Positions 48,613-61,882 of a stretch of 64,000 bases of DNA are shown piece after piece. The translations under genes were made by a program, and so were the position numbers. The notes under the pieces were generated by a model, which made no database searches, had not been told where the DNA came from, and was given only the letters and a program-made list of their open reading frames with translations. Source of the stretch: an uncultured Planctomycetales bacterium (GTDB taxonomy: Bacteria; Omnitrophota; Gorgyraeia; Zapsychrales; JBDRMG01); the NCBI GenBank assembly GCA_964478715.1, contig CAYZIY010000004.1:43351-107350 (forward strand). The letters are read 5' to 3'. Position 1 is the stretch's first letter, and each line of letters begins with the position of its first letter.

Positions 48613-48667
48613 AGTATAACATAAGAAAACGCTTTTTGCCAAAAATTCTGTCAAAGAAAGCGTTTTC
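48613..48667 (-). promoter_or_regulatory. Promoter with two LacI/cre-like operators
   Basis: TTGGCA-N18-TATACT; GAAAACGCTTTT (48625-48636) and GAAAGCGTTTTC (48656-48667). Confidence 0.5.
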
Positions 48668-48695
48668 GCAATTGAAAAATTATTATTAACTTCGA

Positions 48696-49463
48696 TTATT
48701 TTGCGGGACGGTTTTTGGAGATGATATAGCCATAAAGAGCAATGATACATCCTAATAAGATCAACTGGATCTGCTTCTGGCTGAATCCTGAGACAAATCC
48801 CCACTTGAGCCAGTCGGCTGAAACGGTAAAGAGAATCAGAAGAGTGCCAGTGATCTTAAGAAAGGTGCCTTTGGCGGATCTGGCGCGCGGTGCTTCCTGA
48901 GGTCTTAGCTGGGTTTGGTCACATGGTGATTTTGGATCTTTCAAAGGAGGCGTTTTTTGCAAAGCCAGAAAGCTGGCGATTTCCAAAGCGCCGATGGTGA
49001 AAAACCCGAACAGCGTCATCCATAATCCGTAAACAATATTAACTTTAAGGACAAATTTATCCAGATCGGTTGAAAGCAGTTTATAGGTCACAGCGCAGAC
49101 AATCGCAATGGAAACAATGCCCAAAAACAATCGGATGATTTTGGCCCGCCGGAAGACTTTACCGGCCAGAGCAATCAAAACGGCAATCAGCGGCACGCAC
49201 CACAGCAGATAACTTTTTTTATCAGCATCACGGATTTGGGGATTGAAGATTTTAATCACACTGATCATAAAGCGCGACTCTTCGCTGTTGGCTAAAAGAG
49301 GCACGCTAAAACCGCTAATCGAATCAATCACATCCTGACGTTTGCCGGTTAAAAAGCCGGAGATGTCCCCCACCGTCTTGGCCTCAACAGAAATCCAGGG
49401 TAAGAAAAAAGCGATCACAATCATCGCCGCTAATAACATGGTTAATCGTTCTTGTCCGTCCAT
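48696..49463 (-). CDS. Hypothetical membrane protein
   Basis: About six hydrophobic segments; FFLPW motif. Confidence 0.7.
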   Translation of the reverse strand: MDGQERLTMLLAAMIVIAFFLPWISVEAKTVGDISGFLTGKRQDVIDSISGFSVPLLANSEESRFMISVIKIFNPQIRDADKKSYLLWCVPLIAVLIALAGKVFRRAKIIRLFLGIVSIAIVCAVTYKLLSTDLDKFVLKVNIVYGLWMTLFGFFTIGALEIASFLALQKTPPLKDPKSPCDQTQLRPQEAPRARSAKGTFLKITGTLLILFTVSADWLKWGFVSGFSQKQIQLILLGCIIALYGYIISKNRPAK

Positions 49464-49513
49464 ATTTTTTCTTTTCGATTTTTTATTGTACTTCTATTTG
49501 GACTATAAAGCAA

Positions 49514-49544
49514 GAAGGAAGCCGAGCTTAGCTCGGCTTCCTTC
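49514..49544 (-). terminator. Terminator hairpin just beyond the degenerate att copy
   Basis: GAAGGAAGCCGAGC-TAA-GCTCGGCTTCCTTC followed by TTGCTTT. Confidence 0.7.
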
Positions 49545-49653
49545 ATAGTTAAACCAACGACCCCGACGGGACACAACCGCCCCCCCCTGATTTAGAAGTC
49601 GATATCGCTACGATAAAGCTGATTTTTAAGAAGTGTGCGCTGGAGATGATCAG

Positions 49654-49929
49654 CTAGGCAAGACTTACTTTCAAATGTTTCCCGACCGCCACGGCAACCT
49701 TTTGCAAAGTAGACAGCTTGATATCCTCGGCATGATTTTCAATCCGGGATATAGCCGTTCGCTGAGTCTTGATCATCCGTGCGACCTCTTCCTGGCTCAA
49801 TCCCGCTTCTTCTCTGGCTTGCCGAATCATTACCCCAATCTTGAACTCCTCAAAACCCTCTTCATAATCTTTGGCAAATTGAGTATCTGTTTTTTTACGT
49901 TTTTCGATATATTTTTCTAAATCGCCCAT
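49654..49929 (-). CDS. XRE-family HTH antitoxin (HigA-like)
   Basis: IRQAREEAGLSQEEVA...AISRIEN; start trimmed to MGDLEKY (SD GAGGGG). Confidence 0.88.
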   Translation of the reverse strand: MGDLEKYIEKRKKTDTQFAKDYEEGFEEFKIGVMIRQAREEAGLSQEEVARMIKTQRTAISRIENHAEDIKLSTLQKVAVAVGKHLKVSLA

Positions 49930-49966
49930 TTCTAACCCCCTCATTAGCCTTCTTTTGGCTAATATG

Positions 49967-49988
49967 AAGGTAACACGTGTGTTACCTT
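49967..49988. promoter_or_regulatory. Palindromic operator upstream of the antitoxin
   Basis: AAGGTAACAC-GT-GTGTTACCTT; related GATAAC-N6-GTTACC at ~50347-50364. Confidence 0.65.
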
Positions 49989-49991
49989 TTG

Positions 49992-50338
49992 TCAAGGCCT
50001 TCTTTGCCAGTAATCTTGTTTGTAAGCCTCGGATTTCTTGATTTCAGCTAATGGAGTTTTCTGCGATTTCTTAACTATTCCGTGTGTCAGTACAATTTGA
50101 TGGCCATCCCAGAAAGCAAAGATACGATAAATATTGGATCCCAGTTTAATCCGGCATTCCCAAATATCTCTGCTCCTTCCATTTTACAAAAGTATTGCGC
50201 AGGCACGCGCTCCAGCCGGACCAGTAAGCGCAGAACCCATGTAATTTTTTTTGCTTCTTTTGGTGGCAAAGAATCCAAAAATTCTTCTACAGGACATCGA
50301 TTATTATCGGTTTTGTAAAATACAACGGTTCTTAACAT
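49992..50338 (-). pseudogene. Frameshifted RelE/HigB (Gp49-like) toxin
   Basis: PVEEFLDSL...KMEGAE, then a second frame continues DIWECRIKLGSNIYRIFAF...LTHGIVKKSQKTP; shift near 50168. Confidence 0.88.
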
Positions 50339-50444
50339 ACCATAGGGATAACATCTACGTTACCTATCATTAAGGCTTTTTTTATGGGCAAAATAAAGCA
50401 AGGCTTCATCAACGATTTTCGAACTTATTTGACATTAATAGGTA

Positions 50445-51122
50445 CTATTTAACTGGAACGCATTGATTATCCCGGCATTCACAATTATTGCAAACATAGG
50501 CTCCACCTGGTGACACGTAAGGTCCATGTATAGCGTTAGCGCATCCTATAAAAGGCAGGCCGCTTCTAAAAGGCAGGCCGCTTCCTCTTAAACACACGCA
50601 GCCTGTCTTCTCTGAACAATACCGAGGAAATTTTATTGCTGAAATTTCAGCAGTGTGCTCTAAAACAACACCCTTATCGACATCAACAGCGACAGCAAAC
50701 CCGGGAGACAATTTAAACCGTAAAGAATAATCAGCCGCTGCTGGATATTTAAAACCGCATGCTGGACTAACAAAATAACGAATCACAACAGGATTTATAA
50801 ATTTGCGAGTAAATACATAGGCTTGTGGGTCTATAAATCTATATTCCACACAACCTATAAGATTGTCTTTTCCTTCAGAATATTCAGTATTGCAATTTAT
50901 GCATTCTCCATAATGCTTCAAAAATGCTTGAACTGCATCAGATTCATTAGCAATCAAAAGGCCCTTCTGGCTGCGCTTGTCATTGCGAGATTGAACTTGC
51001 AGGGCGGATGATTTCGTTTTACTAACAAAATATCCAAATAATATCTGTGGTAAATTGCTAAAATAGATGCAAGCACAAATTACAATTGTAGAAAGTATCC
51101 AAATTATCTGATTTTTCTTCAT
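50445..51122 (-). CDS. Hypothetical membrane-anchored protein with Cys-rich C-terminus
   Basis: N-terminal TM; AT-rich; internal 18-bp tandem repeat (SGLPF x2). Confidence 0.7.
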   Translation of the reverse strand: MKKNQIIWILSTIVICACIYFSNLPQILFGYFVSKTKSSALQVQSRNDKRSQKGLLIANESDAVQAFLKHYGECINCNTEYSEGKDNLIGCVEYRFIDPQAYVFTRKFINPVVIRYFVSPACGFKYPAAADYSLRFKLSPGFAVAVDVDKGVVLEHTAEISAIKFPRYCSEKTGCVCLRGSGLPFRSGLPFIGCANAIHGPYVSPGGAYVCNNCECRDNQCVPVK

Positions 51123-51174
51123 AGTATTTATATTTCGGTCTTCTCTTGCTTGATTATACCATTATTCTAGTAGA

Positions 51175-51213
51175 AAATAAAACCCCCCATAACTTTTTTA
51201 GTCACAGGAGGTT
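51175..51213 (-). terminator. Terminator downstream of tRNA-Glu
   Basis: AACCTCCTGTGAC...GTTATGGGGGGTT followed by TTATTTT. Confidence 0.6.
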
Positions 51214-51220
51214 GTGGAAT

Positions 51221-51297
51221 TGGCGACCCCAGCGGGATTTGAACCCGCGCCGCAAGCTTGAAAAGCTTGTGTCCTGACCAGGCTAGACGATGGGGTC
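51221..51297 (-). tRNA. tRNA-Glu (UUC)
   Basis: GACCCCA...CAAGC-TT-TTC-AA-GCTTG...GGTTCAAATCC...TGGGGTC-G-CCA cloverleaf. Confidence 0.96.
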
Positions 51298-51442
51298 GAA
51301 ATTTACGTTGTAAATTTTGACCCTAAATCCCGCCTATAGCGGGATGAAGGATCTTGACATAAGAATGTTTTATTATATTAAAAAATACTTTTTCGTAAAG
51401 AACTTTTTAACCGAACCGAACAATGAGAACCGAACAATGGAA

Positions 51443-53893
51443 CTAGTCGTCCTTCGATGCAATATACGCCGCCGAGCTAACCTCATCTCCTTTTTTTAGA
51501 GACAGCAAACGAACGCCGATAGTATTGCGCCCGGACTGACGGATATCCTTCACCCGGCAGCGGACAATCATGCCCTGGCGGGTAATCGCCATGATTTCAT
51601 CATCAACAGTGGCAGCTACCGCCCCAACCACATGACCGGCCTTGGACGAAACTTTGACATTAATAATCCCCTTCCCGCCGCGCGATTGAGTGCGATATTC
51701 ATCAAAGCTGGTCCGCTTGGCAAAGGCCAGTGAAGTCACCGTCAAAAGTCCGCATCCGGTTTTGCTGATATCCGTAGGAAAAACCTGCATGCTGACCACG
51801 TGATCATTTTTGGCCAGATTGATGCCCCGCACACCTTTGGCCGAGCGTCCCATGTCGCGAAGATTGTTTTCCGGAAATCTTAATGCCTTGCCTTCTTTAG
51901 TAGCCAAGAGAACGTCATATTTCCCATCGCTAATCGCTGTGCCGATCAACTGATCATCTTTTTCCAGCGTGATGCCAACAATCCCCGCTTTTCGCGGATT
52001 GCTAAATGCGGAAAGCTTTGTCTTTTTAATGACACCCTTACTCGTTCCCATCACCAGATAGGAATTCTCTGAAAATTCTTTGACAGCCACAATGGAAGCG
52101 ATATGCTCTTCTCTCGTGATCGAAAGGAGATTGACGATCGCTTTTCCCTTGGCTACACGCGAAGCGATGGGAATTTCATAAACTTTCAGCCACCGCACAA
52201 CGCCTTTGTTGGAAAAAACCAAAAGGTAATCTTTAGACGAGGCTATAAATAGATGACTGACAAAATCTTCTTCTTTAGTGCCCATGCCCGAAACACCCCT
52301 GCCCCCCCTTTTTTGTCGTCTATAAGAATCGACCGGCATTCTCTTGATGTAACCGGTGCTGGAGATCATGATTGCCATGTCTTCTTCGGCAATCAGGTCT
52401 TCGATTTCAATTTCTTCGGCCTTGGCCGCAATTTCCGTTCGACGAGCATCTGCAAATTTTTTCCTAATTGCCTGAAGATCCTCTTTAATAAGATCATCGA
52501 TTTTTTTCTCTGACGCCAAAATTGTTCTCAGTTCATCGATCGTCTTTAAAAGAGTCTCGTATTCGGCATCGATTTTACTTTGCTCGAGAGCGGTCAATCG
52601 CTGCAACTGCATTTCCAAAATAGCCTGAGCCTGAATTTCGCTTAAATTGAATCTTTTCATCAGGTTCTTTTTAGCCTCGTGTGTCGACTTCGATGATTTT
52701 ATGGTCTTAATGATTTGATTGATTTGCTTGATGGCAATTTTTAAACCTTCCAGAATATGGGCCCGCCGAAGAGCTTTGTCCAAATCAAACTGCGTCCGAC
52801 GGCGGATTACGATCCGTCGATGTCCGATATATTGATTGATCAACTGCTTAACATTCAAAACGCGCGGACTGCCATTCACCAGCGCCAGATTGATAATCCC
52901 AAAAGTCGTTTCCATCTGAGTATGTTTATAAAGATAATTCAATACGATTTGAGGCTCGACATCACGCCTGAGTTCGATCACAATCCGAACTCCCTCTTTG
53001 TCGGTTTCGTCGCGAATATCGGTGATGCCCTCGACCTTTTTGTTTTGGACATGCCCAACGATCGCGGTAATCAAATTGGCCTTATTCACCTGATAAGGCA
53101 GCTCGGAAATAACAATAGTGTCCTTATTGCCCTTTTGACGTTCAATCGATGCCTTAGCCCGCAAAGTCAGCTTACCCCGGCCTGTCTCATAAGCCTGCTT
53201 GATCCCTTCGCGTCCGCAGATAATACCGCCTGTAGGAAAGTCGGGGCCGTGGATAATTCTATTGAGATCCTTAATGGTAGCCTGGGGATTATCCAGAACG
53301 TGAATAATGCCATCCGCCACTTCAGCCAGATTATGCGGCGGCATGTTGGTGGCCATCCCCACGGCAATCCCGCTGGATCCGTTTAAGAGCAAATTCGGAA
53401 GAGTAGCCGGCAGGACTTCTGGCTCTTTAAGAGTGGCGTCAAAATTATCGTTAAAATAAACGGTATCTTTTTCAATATCCGCAAGTATTTGGCCGGTGAT
53501 AGAGGACATCCGAGCTTCCGTATATCGCATAGCCGCGGCCGCATCTCCGTCAATGGACCCGAAGTTCCCCTGTCCGTCAATCAACGGATAGCGCAGAGAA
53601 AATTCCTGAACCATACGCACAATCGCATCATAAACCGCCATATCGCCATGCGGATGATATTTTCCCAAAACCTCTCCGACGATACGGGCGCATTTTTTAT
53701 AGGGCTTACTGTGCTCTAAACCCAGTTCTTTCATCGCATACAAAATACGGCGATGAACAGGCTTAAGCCCGTCACGCACATCCGGCAGCGCCCGGCTGAC
53801 AATAACGCTCATGGAATAGGATAGATAGGAATTTTTCATCTCGGTCTCGATATTAACCGGAATGATTTTTTCTTTTATCGTGATGTCTTTCAT
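51443..53893 (-). CDS. gyrA: DNA gyrase subunit A
   Basis: [21 protein letters not shown], GyrA-box QKRGGRG. Confidence 0.98.
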   Translation of the reverse strand: MKDITIKEKIIPVNIETEMKNSYLSYSMSVIVSRALPDVRDGLKPVHRRILYAMKELGLEHSKPYKKCARIVGEVLGKYHPHGDMAVYDAIVRMVQEFSLRYPLIDGQGNFGSIDGDAAAAMRYTEARMSSITGQILADIEKDTVYFNDNFDATLKEPEVLPATLPNLLLNGSSGIAVGMATNMPPHNLAEVADGIIHVLDNPQATIKDLNRIIHGPDFPTGGIICGREGIKQAYETGRGKLTLRAKASIERQKGNKDTIVISELPYQVNKANLITAIVGHVQNKKVEGITDIRDETDKEGVRIVIELRRDVEPQIVLNYLYKHTQMETTFGIINLALVNGSPRVLNVKQLINQYIGHRRIVIRRRTQFDLDKALRRAHILEGLKIAIKQINQIIKTIKSSKSTHEAKKNLMKRFNLSEIQAQAILEMQLQRLTALEQSKIDAEYETLLKTIDELRTILASEKKIDDLIKEDLQAIRKKFADARRTEIAAKAEEIEIEDLIAEEDMAIMISSTGYIKRMPVDSYRRQKRGGRGVSGMGTKEEDFVSHLFIASSKDYLLVFSNKGVVRWLKVYEIPIASRVAKGKAIVNLLSITREEHIASIVAVKEFSENSYLVMGTSKGVIKKTKLSAFSNPRKAGIVGITLEKDDQLIGTAISDGKYDVLLATKEGKALRFPENNLRDMGRSAKGVRGINLAKNDHVVSMQVFPTDISKTGCGLLTVTSLAFAKRTSFDEYRTQSRGGKGIINVKVSSKAGHVVGAVAATVDDEIMAITRQGMIVRCRVKDIRQSGRNTIGVRLLSLKKGDEVSSAAYIASKDD

Positions 53894-53955
53894 TTTGGTT
53901 GCTCTCCTCCAATGGTCAGCATTTTATCTCGCTTCATAGCGAAACGGCGATCTCA

Positions 53956-56743
<2,788 letters not shown>

Positions 56744-56744
<1 letters not shown>

Positions 56745-57835
56745 CAGATCCTCATAGGTAAAGCCAGGTATAAATAATTATCCAGTCTTATCACACCAGG
56801 TTTATCGGATCCCATTAGCTCGAGTTCTAATTGAGGAGCGTCAATATTTTTTAAAACATCAATAAAAAATTGCGGATTGAAGCCGACAATTAATTCTCCG
56901 TATCCGTATTGAATCGGAATTTCCTCGCGTGATTCTCCGACATCGGGAGTCGTTTTGGAAATAATTAATTTTTCTTGAAAAACTTCAAACTTAATAGCCT
57001 GAAAATCCGGCGTGGTTAACAAATTTGCCCGGCGGATCGCTGCCAGCAATTCCTTAGTATCCACAACGATCTTCTCCTTCTGCGCAGACGGAATCACTTG
57101 TTGATAGTTGGGAAATTCTCCCTCAATCATTCTTGTGGCGATTAAAATTCCATCGATATCAAATAAAACCTGGTTGTTCCCGATAACAATAGCAACCGCC
57201 GATCCCTCATCTTTGAGATTGCGGTTCACTTCATAAACCGCCTTAATGGGGATGATAGCGGACACGGCCTTTGGGGTCGACCCCATGAGTGGATTTTCCA
57301 TTTTCGCCAAACGCCGTCCATCTGTGGCTACCAGTCGAATGATCTCTCCCGAAATTTCCATTAATACTCCATTTAAAACATAGCGGGACTCTTCATGCGA
57401 AGCGGCAAAAGCCGTCATTCTCAGCATCTCCCTCAGCTTGTCCTGACTTACTTGAATTACATCGGCATTGTCAAACTCCGGAAATTTAGGAAACTCCTCT
57501 TTGGGAAGGCCTATTAATTTAAAACGAATGCGATCTCCTTCGATATCTATCTGATTATTCCTTTTGGCATGAATAACAATATCACCTGCGGGTAATTCTC
57601 TAATAATATCGCTGAATCTTTTTGCTGGTATTGTTATCGCTCCTTTTTCCAAGATATCTACAGGTAATTCACAACAAATGCCGATGTCTAAATCTGTTGC
57701 ATTCAATTTAAGGACATCGTCTTTCGTTTGAAGAAGAATATTTGAAAGTACTGGCAGTGTCGCTTTTGTGGAAACAATATTTTGGACAATTTGAATTCCT
57801 GAAAGCAGATTTTGTTTGGATATCTTTATCTTCAT
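56744..57835 (-). CDS. dnaN: DNA polymerase III beta clamp
   Basis: ATDLD, SRYVLNGV, VATDGRRLA, FPNY, LPMR. Confidence 0.97.
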
Positions 57836-57993
57836 AGAATTAACAACCCCTTCTGTTATTATTATTCTTTAACAATTTAAAACAAGCAGTAATCATAATA
57901 GTGCTTGTGATATATTTGAATAAAATCTCAAAATATTTGATTTCAGATACTTATGTCAAATTGACTTGTAGAATAAAGCTTAATAATATTGCT

Positions 57994-59328
57994 TTAACCT
58001 TCGATTTCCTGAACAAGATGTTGAATAGTGTTTTTTAAGTTTTGATCTTTGGACATTACAGCCTCAATTTTTTTGCAACTATGCAAGACAGTGGTATGGT
58101 CTTTTCCGCCAAAGGCATTGCCTATTTCAGGAAGAGAAAAATTCGTCAATTTTCGGGTTAAATACATAGCCGTTTGGCGTGGAAGAACAATATTTCTGTT
58201 TCTTCTTTTTGTTTTGAGATCTCTTAAAGAGACATCATAATGGTCTGCAACGATTTTTTGAATCATATCAATACTTATGATTTTAGCGGTTTCTAGAACC
58301 ATATCTTTTAGAATGATTTTAGTCATCTCTAAAGTTACTGGTCTTTCTTCCAGTAAAGAATAGGCGATGACTCTGACCAAGGCTCCTTCCAATTCTCGGA
58401 TATTTGTCTTGATTTCCTGAGCTATAAAAAGGATTACATCATCAGGAACCGCAACGGGTTCTTTTTCAGTTTTTTTCTTTAAGATTGCTACGCGGGTTTC
58501 GAAATCAGGAGGTTGGATATCCGTAATCAATCCCCAGGTAAATCGGGATGTAAGCCTCTCTTCAAGATTGGCGATGGCTTTCGGCGGACGATCGGATGCC
58601 ATGATAATTTGCTTCCGGTTATCATGGAGCGCGTTGAAGGTATGAAAGAATTCTTCCTGAGTAGACTCCTTGCCGGCGATAAAATGAATGTCGTCGATTA
58701 AAAGAACATCGATATTACGGTATTTTTCACGGAAACGGGTTGTAGATCTGTGGCGAATGGCGTCGATTAATTCATTGGTAAAACGTTCCGATGTTAAATA
58801 GCAGTGTTTTGCATGGGGATGAGTTTCTTTAATTTTTTGAGTAATGGCCTGCATCAAGTGAGTTTTGCCGAGTCCCACGCCTCCATAAATAAAAAGAGGA
58901 TTATAAGCTTTCGCCGGACTTTCCGCAACTGCCAAGCAGGCAGCATAAGCAAAACGGTTGGAAGATCCGATGACAAAACTATTGAAGGTGAAACGCGGAT
59001 TCAAATTTGATTGTTTAACAGAAGGATTGCTGAAGCCCGTTTCCAATTGAGAAAGACTTTTTTGCTTTGTCTGATTGAGAATTTGGCTATTAACAATAAA
59101 TTCGCAAACAATGGATTTTGGGGTCGACTGATTCAAGGCTTCCTGTATTAATGTGTGGTAATGTTCCACGATCCAATTTTTAAAAAATTCATCAGGCGCT
59201 TCGACAAGAAGGGTATGTGAATCCTTTTCTTTAACATTAAGCGACGCAAACCATGTTTCATAAGTGGTAGGGCCTATTTTTGTTTTGATATAGGGCTGGG
59301 CTTGTTGCCATATAGAAACGAGGTTCAT
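57994..59328 (-). CDS. dnaA: Chromosomal replication initiator
   Basis: YNPLFIYGGVGLGKTHL, LLIDDI, QEEFFHTFN, GGKDHTTV. Confidence 0.98.
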   Translation of the reverse strand: MNLVSIWQQAQPYIKTKIGPTTYETWFASLNVKEKDSHTLLVEAPDEFFKNWIVEHYHTLIQEALNQSTPKSIVCEFIVNSQILNQTKQKSLSQLETGFSNPSVKQSNLNPRFTFNSFVIGSSNRFAYAACLAVAESPAKAYNPLFIYGGVGLGKTHLMQAITQKIKETHPHAKHCYLTSERFTNELIDAIRHRSTTRFREKYRNIDVLLIDDIHFIAGKESTQEEFFHTFNALHDNRKQIIMASDRPPKAIANLEERLTSRFTWGLITDIQPPDFETRVAILKKKTEKEPVAVPDDVILFIAQEIKTNIRELEGALVRVIAYSLLEERPVTLEMTKIILKDMVLETAKIISIDMIQKIVADHYDVSLRDLKTKRRNRNIVLPRQTAMYLTRKLTNFSLPEIGNAFGGKDHTTVLHSCKKIEAVMSKDQNLKNTIQHLVQEIEG

Positions 59329-59618
59329 TTGTCGGATGTCCTTATATTATAGTACAAGAGTAATACACAGTTTCCACAAGATTTCCACAGATGCGATGAT
59401 CCCAATTATAGCAAGAACAAAATAAATCACAATGAGAACTTTGACAAAAAATTCGCCATAGACAAAAAGTGTCATCATTATAGCAAAGAAACATTTTTAT
59501 GCAACCCCGCAAATGATTAAAATCTTTTCAGCAATTGAAAAAGATATTTTCAGAGGTCATCTTCCGCGCAACCATTAGGTAAATATTGGGTTTTGACTCT
59601 ATGAAAATCGAAAAAAAC
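59329..59618. other. Probable oriC region; the dnaA-dnaN gap 57836-57993 may be a second part
   Basis: DnaA-box-like TAATACACA/GTTTCCACA/ATTTCCACA at 59361-59389; gene orientation diverges here. Confidence 0.7.
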
Positions 59619-59646
59619 TTGACGTGCTTTTCACCTATGTTATAAT
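59619..59646 (+). promoter_or_regulatory. rpmH operon promoter
   Basis: TTGACG-N16-TATAAT with extended -10 TG. Confidence 0.75.
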
Positions 59647-59655
59647 TGACAAACT

Positions 59656-59796
59656 ATGAAGAAAAATTTGAAGACTCCCACAATATTAAAAGGCAAAAGA
59701 AGGCATGGTTTCCGACGGAAAAAACAAACATCAGGAGGCCAGGCTGTTTTGAATCGAAGACGTAGAAAAGGCCGCAAAAGATTGACAACGGTGTAA
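59656..59796 (+). CDS. rpmH: 50S ribosomal protein L34 (missing from the ORF track)
   Basis: [46 protein letters not shown]. Confidence 0.93.
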   Translation: MKKNLKTPTILKGKRRHGFRRKKQTSGGQAVLNRRRRKGRKRLTTV

Positions 59797-59811
59797 CCCG
59801 CCGCTTTTTAA

Positions 59812-60021
59812 ATGAAATATTTAATTCTTTTTTTTATACGAATTTACCAAAAGACGGCGATTTTATTTTGCGTTAGCCGTTGCCGCTTTACCCCCTCCTG
59901 TTCTCACTACACCTATGAAGTTATCTCCAGAAAAGGTGTTTGCAAAGGCGTGCCACAATCTTTATGGCGCATCATGCGCTGTTCTCCTCTTTTTAAAGGG
60001 GGGTATGACCCGGTTAAATAA
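59812..60021 (+). CDS. yidD: Membrane protein insertion efficiency factor
   Basis: CRFTPSCSHY, RIMRCSP, GGYDPV. Confidence 0.95.
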   Translation: MKYLILFFIRIYQKTAILFCVSRCRFTPSCSHYTYEVISRKGVCKGVPQSLWRIMRCSPLFKGGYDPVK

Positions 60022-60023
60022 TT

Positions 60024-61634
60024 ATGGATAAAAAAACATTAACAGGTTTTGTGTTAATATTTTTGGTGCTTATTGTTTTTAACATGACAGCTATCAATCC
60101 GGACAAAACGAAGGTCGAAGAGACTCTTCCGGCATCCGGCCCAGAAAGCCATGAACCAGCCGCAGAGGCATATGATGAAGATTTTCAAGATCAAAAATCA
60201 GAGGTACTGGAAGCAAAAATTCAGGAGAAAATTACGCAAACCATTGAAAATAATGTAGTTAAGTTAGAAGTGGTAAATATAGGCGGTGCGATTCAGGGGA
60301 TTACTCTCAAGCAATATCGACATGCCTTCCCCCTCTCTGCTTTCTTTGCTCCCAATGAGTTGAATGCTCAACCGTATTTATTCACTGAGGAATTGAGAGA
60401 ATCAGACAACGGTAAGGAGCTTTTGGCTCAATACAATAATTTATCGGTTCGGAAAATTATCGATTTAGGTGAAAAGAACCAGGCAAAGATCAAAACCTAT
60501 ATTACCAACATTGGCACAAGCCCGGTCAGCCATCGATTCCAAATTGATAACTTTAAAATTCAGATAGAAGACGTTAATGAGATAATAGAAAGTGCGCGCG
60601 ATAAAGGTTTTTTGGAGTACTCTTATTCAATTAATAATGAAATAACTCGAGTAAATAATGCTTTTAAATTTTCTGCTAGAAATGATAAGACCATATCAGG
60701 GAATATAAACTGGCTTGGTTTCAGAGATAGATACTATGCTATTGTGGCAAAGCCAAAATATGATGCTGACACAGTTCGGATAGAATCTTTGGACCGCAAG
60801 ACTTTGAGAATGTCCATTTTGACGGGTATAATTAACCTTGATCCTGGCGAAAGTGTTGATTTTGAAACTTCGCTTTATATCGGCCCGCAGGATATGCAAA
60901 AAATGGCTGATTATGATGAGGGATATGAACAGATCACAGCTTTTATGAGCTTTGCGCCTTTGAATTATATTTCAAAGATGATCATTAGAATTATGGACTT
61001 TTTGCATTCCTTTATACCTAATTGGGGCATATGTATTATTATGATTGGTCTTCTGGTTAATGGATTGATGTATCCAATGACCTTGAAATCGATGTCATCC
61101 ATGAAAAAGATGCAGTCCTTGCAACCGGAATTGAATAAGCTCAAGGAAAGATACAAGAATAATCCGCAAAGATTAAATAAGGAAATGATGGAGCTTTACA
61201 AAGAGCATCAAGTTAATCCGCTGGGAGGATGCTTGCCTATGCTTTTGCAGTTACCCATCTTTTTTGCCATATTCCAGGCTTTATGGAGAACAGTTCACTT
61301 GAAGGGCGCACAATTTTTATGGATTGAAGATCTCTCCATGCCAGACCGATTAGTTCTGCTGCCTTTTAAAATTCCTATAATAAATGTTGAATACATTAAT
61401 ATTCTACCTATAATAATAATTGTGTTAATGTCTATTCAGCAAAAATTGTCCTCGAAAAATATGGTTGCCACCGACCCGAATCAAGCGGCACAACAGAAGA
61501 TGATGACCATTTTTTTACCTGTTTTTATCGGCATACTATTTTATAATTTTGCAAGCGGTATGACACTCTACTTTATGACTTTTTACATTTTCAGTATAAC
61601 GACTCAGCTGAAAATAGCCAAAATGAAGATATAA
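60024..61634 (+). CDS. yidC: Membrane protein insertase
   Basis: NWGICII, KKMQSLQPE, VNPLGGCLPMLLQLPIF, FLWIEDLS. Confidence 0.95.
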   Translation: MDKKTLTGFVLIFLVLIVFNMTAINPDKTKVEETLPASGPESHEPAAEAYDEDFQDQKSEVLEAKIQEKITQTIENNVVKLEVVNIGGAIQGITLKQYRHAFPLSAFFAPNELNAQPYLFTEELRESDNGKELLAQYNNLSVRKIIDLGEKNQAKIKTYITNIGTSPVSHRFQIDNFKIQIEDVNEIIESARDKGFLEYSYSINNEITRVNNAFKFSARNDKTISGNINWLGFRDRYYAIVAKPKYDADTVRIESLDRKTLRMSILTGIINLDPGESVDFETSLYIGPQDMQKMADYDEGYEQITAFMSFAPLNYISKMIIRIMDFLHSFIPNWGICIIMIGLLVNGLMYPMTLKSMSSMKKMQSLQPELNKLKERYKNNPQRLNKEMMELYKEHQVNPLGGCLPMLLQLPIFFAIFQALWRTVHLKGAQFLWIEDLSMPDRLVLLPFKIPIINVEYINILPIIIIVLMSIQQKLSSKNMVATDPNQAAQQKMMTIFLPVFIGILFYNFASGMTLYFMTFYIFSITTQLKIAKMKI

Positions 61635-61635
61635 T

Positions 61636-61827
61636 ATGGAAGATAAGCAAATAAAGAAAGTCGAGTCAACAGGGAATACGGTTGAAGAAGCAATTCAAGA
61701 AGGCATTAATGAATTAGGTGTTGCAAGGGATAAGGTCAGTATAAAGATAGTTTGCGAAGAGCAAAAAGGACTTTTTGGGATGGGTGGAGCCAAACCTGCC
61801 AAAGTCATCGTTAGTGTTAAAGAATAA
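61636..61827 (+). CDS. Stand-alone Jag N-terminal domain protein
   Basis: GNTVEEAI...ELGV...KGLFGMGGAKPAKV; follows yidC; no KH or R3H domain. Confidence 0.85.
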   Translation: MEDKQIKKVESTGNTVEEAIQEGINELGVARDKVSIKIVCEEQKGLFGMGGAKPAKVIVSVKE

Positions 61828-61855
61828 ATATGGTAATCTTTTAGATTGGACATAA

Positions 61856-61871
61856 TGTTTCACGTGAAACA
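61856..61871. other. parS centromere site
   Basis: TGTTTCACGTGAAACA, perfect consensus, 11 nt upstream of parA. Confidence 0.95.
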
Positions 61872-61882
61872 TTAAAGAATAT

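Larger units (their letters stand above)
49558..51220. mobile_element. Remnant of a tRNA-Glu-integrated island (no integrase left)
   Basis: CGACCCCGACGGGA at 49558 resembles the tRNA 3' end CGACCCCAGCGGGA at 51224; cargo is a TA pair and an orphan gene. Confidence 0.6.

Noticed and set aside
49549-49590. A second tRNA gene
   Set aside because: Only about 14 nt resemble a tRNA 3' end and there is no cloverleaf; treated as an att remnant
50155-50180. Programmed frameshift in the toxin gene
   Set aside because: No slippery heptamer or stimulatory structure at the shift; a simple 1-nt loss or sequencing error is more likely
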